DNA of 64,000 nt. Origin: the human T2T-CHM13v2.0 reference genome, Homo sapiens. A model generated the notes under the pieces. That model had not been told where the DNA came from. It ran no database searches and was given only the letters and a program-made list of their open reading frames with translations. Location of the stretch: the NCBI RefSeq assembly GCF_009914755.1, contig NC_060934.1; one strand, given 5' to 3'. A program made the position numbers and the translations under genes. Below are positions 20,681 to 41,613 of this stretch, piece after piece (position 1 is the first letter of the stretch; every line of letters begins with the position of its first letter).

Positions 20681-22367
20681 CAGAATGGAAAAAACTATGA
20701 AAAAATTTAAAGTTTGCATTCCCTTAACCCATGTTATTCTACCTCTTAGAATTTATCCCAAAGAAACCAGGAGTCAAACAGAAAGATGCATGTACAGATG
20801 CTCACTGCAGTGTTATTTAATAAAAATAATTTCCTCTAATGTTCCATCAATAGAGGATTGATTAAATAAACTAAGGTACATTCACAGAATACTTCACAGC
20901 AATTAAAAATGGGAGTTAGCTTCTAATGTATGGACCTGAAATATCATACGTATTAATTAAAAAAGTAATATAATATAAAATATAAAAGAATATAACTGTT
21001 TTTGTTTTTTTTTTGTAGAGACAATGTCTTACTACATTGCCCAGGCTGAACTCCTGGGCTTAAGCTATCCTCCCTGACTCAGCCTCCTGAGTAGCTGGGG
21101 TGCCCACCACTGCACCTGGAGAATAAACATATATTACAAATATATATGTGTATTCAAAAAATTTATGAGCCAGGAGATTTTGTACCAAGAGATGCTATCT
21201 TTTTCTTATGCTATTAAGCAAGGGAATGTTGAGATCATCCCTATTTTAGAGATGAGGAAACTCTCAGAGATGACAAATGAGTTTCAGAGGAGCCAAAAGA
21301 ACTGAAAATCCCACAGTCTCTCAGAAAACAACTGCTATCTCAGTGAACAGGTATTTGCTCTTCAAATCTTGTAGAAGAGAACTCACATAAATTGAGGTAA
21401 TAAATGCAGAGTACTACTGGAAAGTGCCTACAGGCTTTCATAGCCATCTTCGTGTCATTCTAACATCAGAATGAAACTTACTAAAAATCTCTTCCATATA
21501 ATCTAGATAATGGTCCCTTACTGATTTCCTCTTTAATGCTGTGCTTATTTCCAGCTGTTATCAGGGCCGAATTTGAAGACAGAAAAGAGACTATGTTAAT
21601 ACGCAGTCTCCCTGAAAGCAGGAAGGAAGTCCTTTGGACTGATTAAGGCCAGCATGACGTTCACAGCGAACAAGCTCATTCTGGCGAAATCAAAGCAGTA
21701 ATTCCAGTGTTTGTTCCCTGTCAGCCATGTCAGCAGCCAAAAAAAAAAAAAAGGAAGAAAGCGGATGCACATGCACATGCCCAGAAAAAAAAAAAAAAAA
21801 GACTAACTTATTACACATCTGCTTGTCTTATACCTGGTATTTGTATCCTTCCAAAGAATATATACAATGACTGAGCTTCAACTAGTTTGCATTTACCAGT
21901 TAAAATAATTTCAAAACTTAGCCCCTACTCCCCAAAACAGTACTGGGCTATACTGAAACCTCAGCGTTCCTGATCTCCTACCCCACCCTCCATTCCCACT
22001 AAGAACGAAGTCATCTTGTTATGAAATGTTAAGGAGAAAAATGATTTTCTGATGGTTCAGTGATATTAACATCCACATATATGTATTTTCCTCATAGATA
22101 TGGCCTTATTTAAGTACATAAATGCAAAGTTAGTCACTTAAAAACTAGTTTTACAAGGCCGGGCACAGTGGCTCACGCCTGTAATCCCAGCACTTTGGGA
22201 GGCCGAGGCGGGTGGATCACAAGGTCAGGAGATCGAGACCATGACGGCTAACACAGTGAAACCCCTTCTCTTAGGCCGGGCGCGGTGGCTCACGCCTGTA
22301 ATCCCAGCACTTTGGGAGGCTGGGCCAGGCGGATCACGAGGTCAGGAGATAGAGACCATCCTGGCTA

Positions 22368-22825
<458 letters not shown>

Positions 22826-22909
22826 CTAAGCTCAGGCCATCTCTTGTATGTGCCCAATCTGAATCTATTCACCTACATAGCCCTCTTCATAAATAAGCAA
22901 TTTTACTAA

Positions 22910-23260
<351 letters not shown>

Positions 23261-24016
23261 TAATACTTCTAACACTGCATATCCATCTCTCACTGTATTC
23301 TAACACCTAAGACTACCTTTAGCAATATGAACCTGATCGAAAAAAGGAAAAGAAAAGGAAAAGGAGAAAGGGAAAGGGAAGGGAAGTAAGGAAGGAAAGA
23401 AAGAAGAAAAGATCTTGTAAAAGTTTTCACCCAAAACATTTTCACTTTGCCACAACTTTCAAAGCTACCCTTTATCTACTCTTCACACTCCAAATAATAC
23501 TAACAACTTTAACTCGCAGTAAAGTATAGCAGGAGTAGCAACTACCATTTATTAAATGCTTATTATGTATCAAGTACCATGCTGAGTTCTTTATGTCATC
23601 TCATATATTTATTTTGAGACAGGGTCTCACTCTGTCACCCAGGCTAGTAGTGCACAATCATGGCTCACTACAGGCTTGACCTCCTGGGCTTAAGCATCCT
23701 CCCACCTCAGCCTCCCGAGTAGTTAAAACTACAGATATGTGCCACCACTGCGAGCTAATTTTTTATCTGCTGTAGAGACAGGGTCTCCCTAAATTGCCCA
23801 GGGCAGTCTTGAACTCCTGGGCTCAAGCAATCCTCCAGCCTCGGCCTCCCAAAGTGCTGAGATTAGAAGGCCTAAGCTACCTCATCCAGCGTGTCTCTCA
23901 TTTAATCCTTCCTACAACCCTCCCAAGTAGGCTATAAAGATTTGGAGAAGTTAGGCCAGGCGCAGTGGCTCACGGCTGTAATACCAGCCCTTTGGGAGGC
24001 CGAGGCGGGCGGATCA

Positions 24017-24310
<294 letters not shown>

Positions 24311-24482
24311 TCAAAATCAGAACTAAGTCCATCTGTCTGAAGAACCAAAGATACTGTTCGGGTGGGGTGGCTCACACCTGTAATCCTAGCACTTTGGGAG
24401 GCCAAGACAGGTGGATCACCTGAGGTCAGGAGTTTGAGACCAGCCTGACCAATATGGAGAAACCCCATCTCTATTAAAACTA

Positions 24483-24635
<153 letters not shown>

Positions 24636-24740
24636 TCAAAAAAAAAAAAAAAAAAAAAGAACCAAAGACATGAACCATTGTTCTATTTTATTCCAAATGC
24701 TTTTATTTCTGTCTTCACTATAAGATTAAGAAAGTACAGC

Positions 24741-26330
<1,590 letters not shown>

Positions 26331-26339
26331 AGTATAGCA

Positions 26340-28550
<2,211 letters not shown>

Positions 28551-29536
28551 TAATTCTTCAGAGGATAATTGGCTAAATAGGGGTTTAAAAAGTTAAAGTC
28601 TTACCTCTTACTGTATATCAAAACATATTCTAAATTAACTAAAAAGCTAAATGTAAATTATGAAATAATACTGATTTTTTTTTTTTTTTTTGAGACATCA
28701 CTGTCGCCCAGGTTGGAGCGCAGTGGTGCGATCTCTGCTCACCGCAAGCTCCACCTCCCGGATTCACGTCACTCTCCTGCCTCAGCCTCACGAGTAACTG
28801 GGGCTACAGGTGCCCGCCACCACACCCGGCTAATTTTTTTTTTTTTTGTATTTTTAGTAGAGACGGGGTTTCACCATGTTAGCCAGGATGGTCTCAATCT
28901 AGAGACGGGGTTTCACCATGTTAGCCAGGATGGTCTTCATCTCCTGACCTCGTGATCTGCCCGCCTCAGCCTCCCAAAGTGCTGGGATTACGGGCATGAG
29001 CCCCTGCACCTGGCCTGATGTTCTTAATATATATGATGCTCCTACAAATAAATTTTTAAAAAGAACACTCCCAAAGAAAAATGGGCCAAGACATGAATAA
29101 ACAAAATACAGGAAAATGCTTTATCTCACAAATAATTGAATAAATAAACAGTAAAGCAATGACACAGTATTTTTTGTCAACTGAAATACAAAAAAAAAAA
29201 AACCAAAAACCTTAAAAGAATGATAACATCCAGTACTGGCAAAAGTGGGAAAGGAAACCTAAAGAAAACTCTAGTTTGGAGCATAAAGTGCTATAAGATT
29301 TCCTGAAGGTAATCTGGATGTCTATACATGTTGAAAAATTCATACATCCACATATACTGTTTTTTCACTTCTAGTGAAAAAACAGTATATGTAAAATAAA
29401 CAGTATAAGTAAAATAACCCACTAGTGCAGAAAAATGTATTCAGCACTCATAACAAAATAGAAATTAAAAAAGTTAAATAATTACATATCCATATAATAG
29501 AACAGTAGGTAGCCATTACGAAACCAAATCACCTGA

Positions 29537-29752
<216 letters not shown>

Positions 29753-30560
29753 TAGTAGAGACGGGGTTTCTCCATGTTGGTCAGGCTGGTCTCAAACTCC
29801 TGACCTCAGGTGATCAACCCACCTCAGCCTCCCAAAGTGCTGGTATTACAGGTGTGAGCCACCATGCCCGGCCCAGATTATGTTATTTTAGTCATCACTG
29901 CTATAATTTCCTACTTGTTCTCACGAAGTAGGTTTTGTGGGTTTTTTAGGTTTTGTGTGTTTTTTGCTGTGTTTTTTTTTTTTTTTTTTTTTTTTTTGAG
30001 ACAGGGTCTGGCTCCATTGCCCAGGCTGGAGTGCAATAATACAATCTCAGTTCACTGACACCTCCACCTCCTAGGCTCAAGCCATTCTCCCACCTCAGCT
30101 CCCAAGTGACTGTGACTACAAGCACACACCATCATGCCTGGATAATTTTTGTATTTTTTGTAGAGACAGGGTTTTGCTGCTATGTTACCCAAGTTGGTCT
30201 CAAACTCCCAAGCTCAAGCAATCTACCTGCCTCAGCCCTCCACAAAGTGTTGTGATTAGAGGCATGAGCCAACATGCCAGCCAAGATTTAGGTCTTTCTT
30301 CAATGACAAAACAATGTTCATGGTAGAATGATTACGCTTTCAAAAAAACTAGAATATAAGATTATATACAAGCTAAATTTTATTTTATTTTATTTTTTTT
30401 TTTTTTGAGATGGATTTTTACTCTTCTTCCCCAGGCCGGCATGCAATGAAGTCAGGAGTTCGAGACTGACCAGCCTGACCAACATGGAGAAACCCTGTCT
30501 CTACTGAAAATACAAAATTAGCCGGGTATGGTGGCGCATGCCTGTAATCCTAGCTACTCA

Positions 30561-30665
<105 letters not shown>

Positions 30666-31093
30666 TCAAAAAAAAAAAAAGTATGTGAGTGTACAGACAC
30701 ATTGATACACACACATATATAGCAATGATGTAACAGCATCTCTCAGTAGTGGAATTATGGATGATTTTTTATTAATCTTTTCTGTATTTTCTAAATTTTC
30801 TATAATAAACATATTGCTTTCATACTTTTTTGAATCAATATACATTTTTTAAAATCAACTAACTGATATCCAAAATGAGTTTAAAACTTGTTTTCTAATC
30901 TGGATTATCTGCTATTATCCTGGTCACAAGCATTTCACTGTTATCTAAGTATGGCAATTCTACATGCAAATTTGTCTTTTAGTTACTAATCCCAAATGAG
31001 CCATGACCGCCCAAAGTCAGAAGATCTACAGATAATGGCATCTCATTAACATTACCACCCAAAAGATGCAGAATAGTGTGTCTATTAGGATGA

Positions 31094-31424
<331 letters not shown>

Positions 31425-31643
31425 TAAAATTTTTTAAAGACATTTCTGTAATATATAGAAACTTATGAGCTGATATGTCCATACACTTTTTTTTTCAGTT
31501 CAATATAAGAAGCCAAAAGAAATAGTTATCTTTTTTGGTGGGGGAAGAAGTTTATAACTCCCTACTGTTTGATTTATGAACCATTTTTGTATTCTTTTTA
31601 TATTTAACTTTTTTTTTAACCTTCTTGCTTTGTTTGCACTTAC

Positions 31644-31822
31644 CATGGAGCACTTCGCCAGTACTTCCTCCTGGAATCTCAGGAATCCTTCCTGAACCTC
31701 AACTTCATTGAGGAAAAAGGCAAGGAAGTGAGTGAAGGGCTGCTTTCTTCGAAAAGTGTCCAAAAGAACATCAATCCGTGTTCGGGCTGAAATTACACCA
31801 TTTCGATGCTGGCCAGTGATTA
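31644..31822 (-). CDS. ASCC1: ASCC1 exon 5 (179 nt), end of KH domain and start of 2H-phosphoesterase domain
   Basis: Acceptor gtttacag|, donor ATG|gtaagt. Reads (V)ITGQHRNGVISARTRIDVLLDTFRRKQPFTHFLAFFLNEVEVQEGFLRFQEEVLAKCSM. Cumulative CDS is 489 nt. No later coding exon found in 1-31643. Confidence 0.97.
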
Positions 31823-32837
31823 CTGTAAACAAAGAAGAAAGGGTAAACTGCTCAAGGACCCCCAAATGCTTATAAAACAGGACCTCTTGATACTGTCACC
31901 TCTGAGGAGCTAAAGCAGTTCTGAATGCGTATATGAATCTAAACAGGGGACAATAACAAATATAAGAAAACTGCTAATTAATTCAATGTAAGCAGAATGA
32001 GGCTTAAAAATAGAATATCCTTGGCCGGGCACGGTGGCTCATTCCTGTAATCCCAGCACTTTGGGAGGCCGAGACAGGTGGATCACGAGGTCAGGAGATC
32101 GAGACCATCCTGGCTAACACAGTGAAACCCCACCTCTACTAAAAATACAAAAAATTAGCCAGCCTGGTGGCGGGCGCCTGTAGTCCCAGCTACTCGGAAG
32201 GCTAAGGCACGGATGGAGGGAACCCAGGAGGTGGAGCTTGCAGTGAGCCAAGATCGTGCTACTGCACTCCAGCCTGGGCAATAGAGCAAGACTCTATCTC
32301 AAAAAAAAAAAAAAAAAAAAAAAAGAATATCCTTAAGACAGCTTATAAAGTAGAAAAATGAATTCAAGTACTACAAAGCAAACCCTTGCTAGTAGGAATG
32401 TAAAATGGTGTAGTCACTATGAAAAAGTTTGGTAATTCCTTAAAAAGTTGAACATAGCTGGGTGCAGTGGCTCACGCCTGTAATCCCAACACTTTGGGAG
32501 GCTGAGGTGGGCAGATCACTTGAGGTCAGGAGTTCAAGACCAGCCTGGCCAATATGGCAAAACCCCATCTCTACTAAAAATACAAAAATTAGCTGGGTGT
32601 GGTGTCACATGTCTGTAATCCCAGCTACTTGGGAAGCTGAGGCACAACAATGGCTTGAACTAGCAAGCTGGAAGTTCCAGTGAACTGAGATCACGCCACT
32701 GCACTCCAGCATGGGCAACAGAGCTAGACCCTGTCTCAAAATAAATAAATAAATAAATAAATAAATAAAGTTGAACATAGACTTACCATATAACCCAGAA
32801 ATTCTACCCTTAGGGATACCCAAAATAAGTAAAAACC

Positions 32838-33503
32838 GAGAAAGAAAAAGGGAAGGGAAGGGAAGGGAAGGGGGAGCAGGGAAGGGGAGGGGAGGGGGGA
32901 GGGGGAATGAGGAAGGGAAGGGGAGGGGGGAGGGAGAGGGGAGGGGAGGGGGGAGGGAGAGGGGAGGGGAAGGGGGAGGGGACGGAACGGGTGAGGAGGG
33001 AGGGGAGGGGAGGGAAGGGAGCAGATGGAAGGGGTGAGGAGGGAGGGGAGGGGAGGGAAGGGAGCAGATGGAAGGGGTGAGGAGGGAGAGGAGGGGAGGG
33101 GAGGGAAGGGAGCAGATGGAAGGGGTGAGGAGGGAGGGGAGGGGAGGGGGAAGGAGATGGGGGAGGGCAGACGGGAGGGGGGACGGGGAGGGAAGGGGGA
33201 GGGAAGAGGAGGGGAGGGGGATGGGAGGGGAGGGGGAGGGGAGGGGGAGGAGAGGGGGATGGGAGGGGGACGGGGAGGGGACGGGGAGGGGAGGGGGAGG
33301 GGAGGGGAGATGGGAGGGGAGGGGAGGGTGAGGGGAGGGGAGGGGGAGGGGAGGAGAGGGGAGGGGAGGGGAGGGGAGGGGAGGGGAGGGGAGGGGGAGG
33401 GGAGGGGAGGGGGAGGGGAGGGGAGGGGGAGGGGAGGGGGAGGGGAGGGGGAGGGGAGGGGAGGGAAGGGAAGGGAAGGAAGGAAAGAAAAGAAAGAAAG
33501 AAG
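32838..33503. repeat. Polypurine (GGGGA/GGGA)n tract with three copies of a 43-48-nt higher-order unit
   Basis: Almost pure G/A on +; GGGAGCAGATGGAAGGGGTGAGGAGGGA starts at 33017, 33060 and 33108. Confidence 0.95.
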
Positions 33504-33835
33504 GCAAGGCATGCTCATGCCTGTAATCCCAGCACTCTGGGGCAAAGGCCAAGGCAGGAGGATTGCCTGAGGCCAGGAGTTCCAGACAGCCTAGGCAATT
33601 TACTGAAACTCTGTCTCTACAGTGGTTGGAGGTGGAGAAGCTTCTGATGTTCCATTGCCTGAGATTTCAAAACAGACAAGACCAGATCCTTGTCTAGAGG
33701 ATTAAAAGCTACCAGATCATTTCCTTCTCTGATTTCTCTAATTTAGGAGACACAAAAGAAATGGGTAAATCAGAGCAAATATCACACGAATGCAACTGCA
33801 GACTTGACTTCACATCACAATTCAATTTACTCTAA

Positions 33836-34648
<813 letters not shown>

Positions 34649-37319
34649 TGAGCCACTGGGCCTGGCCGGCTAATTTTTTGTATTTTTAGCAGAGACGGGA
34701 TTTCACCGTGTTAGCCAGGATGGTCTCAATCTCCTGACCTCATGATCCGCCCACCCCGGCATGAGCTAACACGCCTGCCTAGTTTTTATTTTCTCTTCTT
34801 TGTTTTCTGTTTTTTTGTTTGTTTTGAGACAGTCTCGCTCTGTCACCCAGGAGGGAGTGCACTGGTGCGATTGGCTCACTGTAGCCTCGACTTTCCCAGA
34901 TAAAAAGATCCTCCCACCTCAGCCTCCCAAGTAGCTGAGACTACAAGCATGTGCCACCACACCCAGCCAATTTTTGTATTTTTTTGTAGAGATGGGGTTT
35001 TGCCATGTTGCCCGGGCTGACCTTGAACACCTGGGCTCAAGTGATCCTCCCACCTAGGCCTCCCAAAGTGTTGGGATTACAGGCATGAGCCACCAAGCCC
35101 AGCCTGACACACTAGTTTTTCACACTGCAACATTTGTGCTAAGTTAAAATGGAGTCTTTATAGCCTGTCTACCCTTTTCTGGATAAGTTCTGGAATGAAT
35201 CTAGTATATTAAAATGGCTAGGGTCTCCACATTTACACCACGTTATAATTTTACTGCAATAAAAAATATTATATAACTTACTACACAAATAGAAAAAATG
35301 GGGAACATATAACAAGTGTTAATAGCAATTATGTTTGGGGTTCGTATTATAAGAGACTTCCATGTATACCTTATATATAATTTCTGCAAGCTTTCTCTTT
35401 TTTGAAAGCATGTATTAATTTTATAATCAGAAAAAATTAGGGCTGGGCGCAGTGGCTCATACCTGTAATACCAGCACTTTGGGAGGCTGAGGCTGGCTGC
35501 ACCTGAGGTCGGGAGTTGGAGACCAGCCTGATCAACATGGAGAAACCCCATCTCTACTAAAAGTACAAAAGTAGCCAGGCATGATGGCACATGTCTGTAA
35601 TCCCAACTACTTGGTAGGCTGAGGCAGGAGAATCACTTGAAACCAGGAGGTGGAGGTTGCATTGAGCCAAGATTACACTAAGCCAAGATCATGCCAATGC
35701 ACTCCAGCCTGGGCAACAAGAGCGAAACTCCATCTCAAAAAAAAAAAAAAATAGATGAAGTAACTTTTAATGCAATTATAAAATGACCTTGGTATTTGTA
35801 ACTTGAATGTTAAAACTCAAGGAAAATAAAATTTTGCACTTATAATTCTAATAAACTGAATATTTACTTTAATAAAAGTCCTTCCAAATGCTGTTAAAAG
35901 TTCTAATGCTAGAGTTTGTTGACATTACCTAGAGAAAACTGTGTCACTGCACTGGCCAATATGGGAGCCCACATGCAGCTAGTTAGTTAAATTAATCAGA
36001 ATTCAGTAAAAGTAAAAATTCAGAAAAAAAAATTCAGTTCCTTTCATACTAGCAATATCTCAAGTACTCAAAGTCATACGCATGACCAGTACCTGACACG
36101 TGCGGCTCCTGTGCTACACTGCATGGATATAGAACATTCTCATCAACACAGAAAGCTCTTTGGGACAGCACTGTTGTCCAAAAAGTCAATTGCTACTTAT
36201 CTGCTGTCAAGGTGATTATTCTTTTGTGTGTGTGTGTATGACAGGGTCTCACTCTGTCACCCAGGCTGGAGTGTGGTGGCATGAACACAGTTCACTGCAG
36301 CCTGGAGCTCCTGGTCTCAAGTGATCCTCCCACCTCAATCTCCCACAGTGCTGGAAGTACAGGTATATGCCACTGTCCCCAGTCAAGGTGATTATTCTCA
36401 CATAACATAAAATGAAAAAGAGTACTTATAATTTTTTATGCAAAAACAATACAATCTATGAACATTTATGGAAAATGGGGCTAGACGCAGTGACTCTTGT
36501 CTATAATCCCAGCACTTTGGGAGGCCAAGGAGGATCGCTCAAGCCCAGGAGTTCAAGGCCAGCCTGGGCAACATAGCAAGACCCCATCTCTACAAAAAGT
36601 ATTAAAAATTAGCTGGGCATGGTGCTAAGCGCCTGTAGTCCCAGCTACTTGGAAGGCCGAGGGAAAAGTATTGCTTGAGCCCAGGAGTTCAAGGCTACAG
36701 TGAGCTATGATGGAGCCAATCAACTCTAGCCTGGGCGACATGCTCTTGCCTGTAACCCCAACACTTTGGGAGGCCAAGGCAGGCAGATCGCTTGAGCTCA
36801 GGAGTTCAAGACCAGCCTGAGCAATGTGGCAAAACCTTGTCTCTACAAAAAATACAAATAAATTAGCCAGGTGTGGTGGCGTGTTCCTGTAGACCCAGCT
36901 ATGCAAGGCTGAGATGAGAGGATTGATTGAGTCCAGGAGGTAGAGTCTACACTGAGCTGTGATCATGCCACTACACTCCAGCCTGGGCAACAGAGACTCT
37001 GTCTCCAAAAATAAAATAAAATAAAATAAAGGACTAAAAGGCCGGGCATGGTGTCTCATGCCTGTAATTCCAGCACCTTGGAAGGCTGAGGCAGGCAGAT
37101 CACTTCAAACCAAAAATTCAAGATCAGCCTGGGCAACATGGTGAAATCCTGTCTGGATAAAAAATAAATAAAAATTTTTAAATGAAAAAAGAAAAAGAAA
37201 ATGGGTTAATGAATTATTGGAGGTTGCTGCACTCTTTGACTTTAAAAAAGTTCCATCGGCCAGACATGGTGCTCACGCCTGTAATCCCAGCACTTTAGAA
37301 GGCCAAGGTGGGTGGATCA

Positions 37320-37499
<180 letters not shown>

Positions 37500-38033
37500 T
37501 CAGCACTCCAGCCTGGGTAACACAGCAAGACTCTGTCTCAAAAAAAAAAAAAAAATTCCATCCTTCCAGAATGAGTTTACAGTTTTGTCCTAACAATGCC
37601 CCTCACTCAAAGCCATTGTACATACAACAAAAGCCTATGCCCTTGGTTTACACTGAGGCTTGGTACAGACACTTTCTAACTTGATTTATACTGCTAAACT
37701 ATTTTTCCTTATCAGAACAGTTATTTGAGTCAAGTTATATTATTTTAATCATTACTCTTATAATTTCCTTCCTAGTCTACAAAATCAAGGGTAAAAAATT
37801 GAGAGCACAATGGAAAAGGCTGAACTTTATTTTATATTCACTGATCTCATTGATTTTCTCTAATTCTAATTGGAAACAATTCACAAATCCATTTCAAGTT
37901 ACCAAAGCATGAAAAGAAATCTCCTAATACACAGTGAAATCTGGAAGCTTTATTCCATCAATGTATGGTAAAGTATAAAATTAAGGCCCAGGTACTCAAT
38001 CAAGATAAGGTTATATAATTCCATCTTTCCTCA

Positions 38034-38435
<402 letters not shown>

Positions 38436-38498
38436 TTACATTATTCCATAAACATGCAAAAGTGACTTCAAATGTAACTTATAACTACTGAGTCTCAC

Positions 38499-38596
38499 CA
38501 ATTTCCCCGTCTTGTCCAGGTTTAGGAATGCTAATAGAAGTTTTGGTCTCCATTTCTATTTTCTTCCTAGTGTCCCCTCTCTTTCCAACTATATGC
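38499..38596 (-). CDS. ASCC1: ASCC1 exon 4 (98 nt), contains the KH GXXG loop
   Basis: Acceptor ttacag|, donor |gtgaga. Reads HIVGKRGDTRKKIEMETKTSISIPKPGQDGEI(V), with the KH motif GKRG. Confidence 0.97.
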
Positions 38597-39025
38597 CTGT
38601 AACATAAAGTAATTAAAAGAAGATTAAGTCAAAATGTACCAAAATAAAGAACCTCATTATGTTTAAATCCTTTGTGACAAGAGATACTCCCTTACAGAAA
38701 AGTAGTTCAGTAAAAGCTCAATATTTGCGGAAGAAATTACAAGTCATCTAGCTTTAGAACATGCTGCAGTAAAGTCATTGGCAAAGATGAGTTTTTGGCC
38801 CTATAGCCAATTCAATGCAGAGATAGAAAAACCATGCCCAACACCCGTTTGCTTCTCAAAATGAGATTTAAAATCTGGGTCTGCAATAAAGTGAAAGAAA
38901 AGCTGGCCAGCAGGTGCAGTGGCTCACACCTGTAATCCCTGCTACTCAAAAGACTGAGGTGGGAGAACTGCTTGAGACCAGGAGTTTGAGACCAGCCTGG
39001 GCAACAGAGTAAGACCCCGTCTCTA

Positions 39026-39319
<294 letters not shown>

Positions 39320-39349
39320 TCAAAAAATAAATTTTTTTTTCAATTTTTT

Positions 39350-39525
39350 TCAATAGAAAAATTAGAATATCTGAGGACTCATGGCAACAGCGAGCTACAG
39401 CCAACTCTCGACTACCCCATGAAGACGGGACATGAGCTCACAATCCCCATCACTCCCACTTAAATCACTTATTGACTCATTTACATTACTTGCCTGGACT
39501 TCCAAGTATAAATATTCTGACAATC
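39350..39525 (-). mobile_element. MER102-like hAT-Charlie fragment overlapping the cassette-exon donor
   Basis: Minus-strand blocks CCAGGCAAGTAATGTAAATGAGT, GGGAGTGATGGGGATTGTG, CATGTCCCGTCT, TGTTGCCATG and CAGATATTCTAATTTTC are colinear with the MER102 consensus as recalled. Confidence 0.7.
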
Positions 39526-39577
39526 CAAAGTTATCTTCTGGAACCCACAGTCGTTTGATGTGTTCAAGTGAATGAGA
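39494..39577 (-). CDS. ASCC1: ASCC1 alternative 84-nt in-frame cassette exon with GC donor
   Basis: Acceptor cggtag|, donor CCAG|gcaagt. Reads (N)LIHLNTSNDCGFQKITLDCQNIYTWKS(R), matching the 28-aa insert I recall in the long ASCC1 isoform. Phase 2-2, no stops. Confidence 0.88.
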
Positions 39578-40592
39578 CTACCGAATCCCAAGAGAGAAGT
39601 TTCAGAGTCTATAAAGCACTAAGAGGCCATCACAGGGCTATCAAGTTAAGAACTCCTTGTCATCAACGTTATTTTAACCTCTATGACTTCAATTACAGTA
39701 CCCAATTCTACGGATGACTATGTCTAAAACTATTCGTTAGTTTTTGCGTGGGATAAGAAAGCCCAATTACTTCCCTTAAGATCTATTATAGTAAGCCAGT
39801 TTTTAAAAATAAGATGTTTAGAGGAAGATTGGAAGTCTGTAATTTCCAAGTGGTTTTCCTGTGTGTTGGGATAGAGATTGTAGGGCACCAAACTCTGTGA
39901 GGTCTTTGTTTTCCCACCTTACCAATTAGGAGTGCTTTCTGTCAGGCTCCAGTTTGTTACTATGTGGCTAGTGAACAAGCCTATCACAAAAAGCAGTGGT
40001 TCAAAGTGCTATTAATAATCTAGGCTTCAGCACCTTAGAAAGCAAAGTGGTTGAGGTTTAAAAGGCTTTAGAATCAAACAAACCTTGGAATTCATATAAC
40101 CACTGTAAGCCTACTTCTTCACTTATCAAAATGAAGTGAGAGGCTGACGCAGAAGGATCCCTTAAGCCCAGGAGTTCAAGGCTATGGTGAGCTATGATCA
40201 CACAGTGGCACTCTGGCCTGGGTGACAAAGTGAGATCCTGTCTCTAAAAAAATAAAAATAGGCCAGGTGCAGTGGCTCATGCCTGTAATCCCATAATTTG
40301 GGAGGCAGAGGCGGGCAAATCACTTGAGGTCAGGAGTTCAAGACCAGCCTGGCCAACATGGCGAAACCCTGTCTCTACCAAAAATACAAAAATTAGCAAA
40401 GCCAGGCAAGGTGGCTCAATGCCGGGTGCGGTGGCTCACACCTGTAATCCCAGCACTTTGCGAGGCCGAGGTGGGGGGGATCACCTGAGGTGAGGAGATC
40501 GAGGCCAGCCTGGCCAACATGGTAAAACCCCATCTCCACTAAAAATACAAAAATTAGCCAGGCGTGGTGACAGGTACCTGTAATCCCAACTA

Positions 40593-40700
<108 letters not shown>

Positions 40701-40918
40701 TCAAAAAAAAAAAAAAAAATAGCAGGGTGTGGTGGCGGGCGCCTGTAATCCCAGCTACTTGGAAGGCTGAGCAGGAGAATTGCTTGAACCTGGGAGACAG
40801 GGGTTGCAGTAAGCAGAGATCGCACCACTGCATTCCAGCCTGGGCGACAGAGGGAGACTCCGTCTCAAAAAAATAACTAAATAAAATTAAATTAAATTTG
40901 GCTGGGGGTGGTGTCTCA

Positions 40919-41209
<291 letters not shown>

Positions 41210-41285
41210 TCACGCCTGTAATCCCTGTGCTTTGGAAGGCTGAGGCGGGTGGATCACCTGAGGTCAGGAGTTGGAAACCAGCCTA

Positions 41286-41491
<206 letters not shown>

Positions 41492-41613
41492 TTAAATTAA
41501 ATTAAAATGGAATGAATAATACCTATTTGTCATAAGGTTGTCGTAAGGATTAAATGTGATCATATATGAAAGAGCTTCCCAATAAGTGGCACAGAGCTCC
41601 ATACAGTCCATGC

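Noticed and set aside
31500-31865. 121-aa ORF as a standalone gene
   Set aside because: It is ASCC1 exon 5 plus open intronic flanks; splice sites bound the real part at 31644-31822.
32605-33570. Long Pro/Ser-rich and Gly/Glu/Arg-rich ORFs (up to 315 aa)
   Set aside because: They are translations of the polypurine tract, which lacks stop codons by composition, and their ends lie in Alu or L1 sequence.
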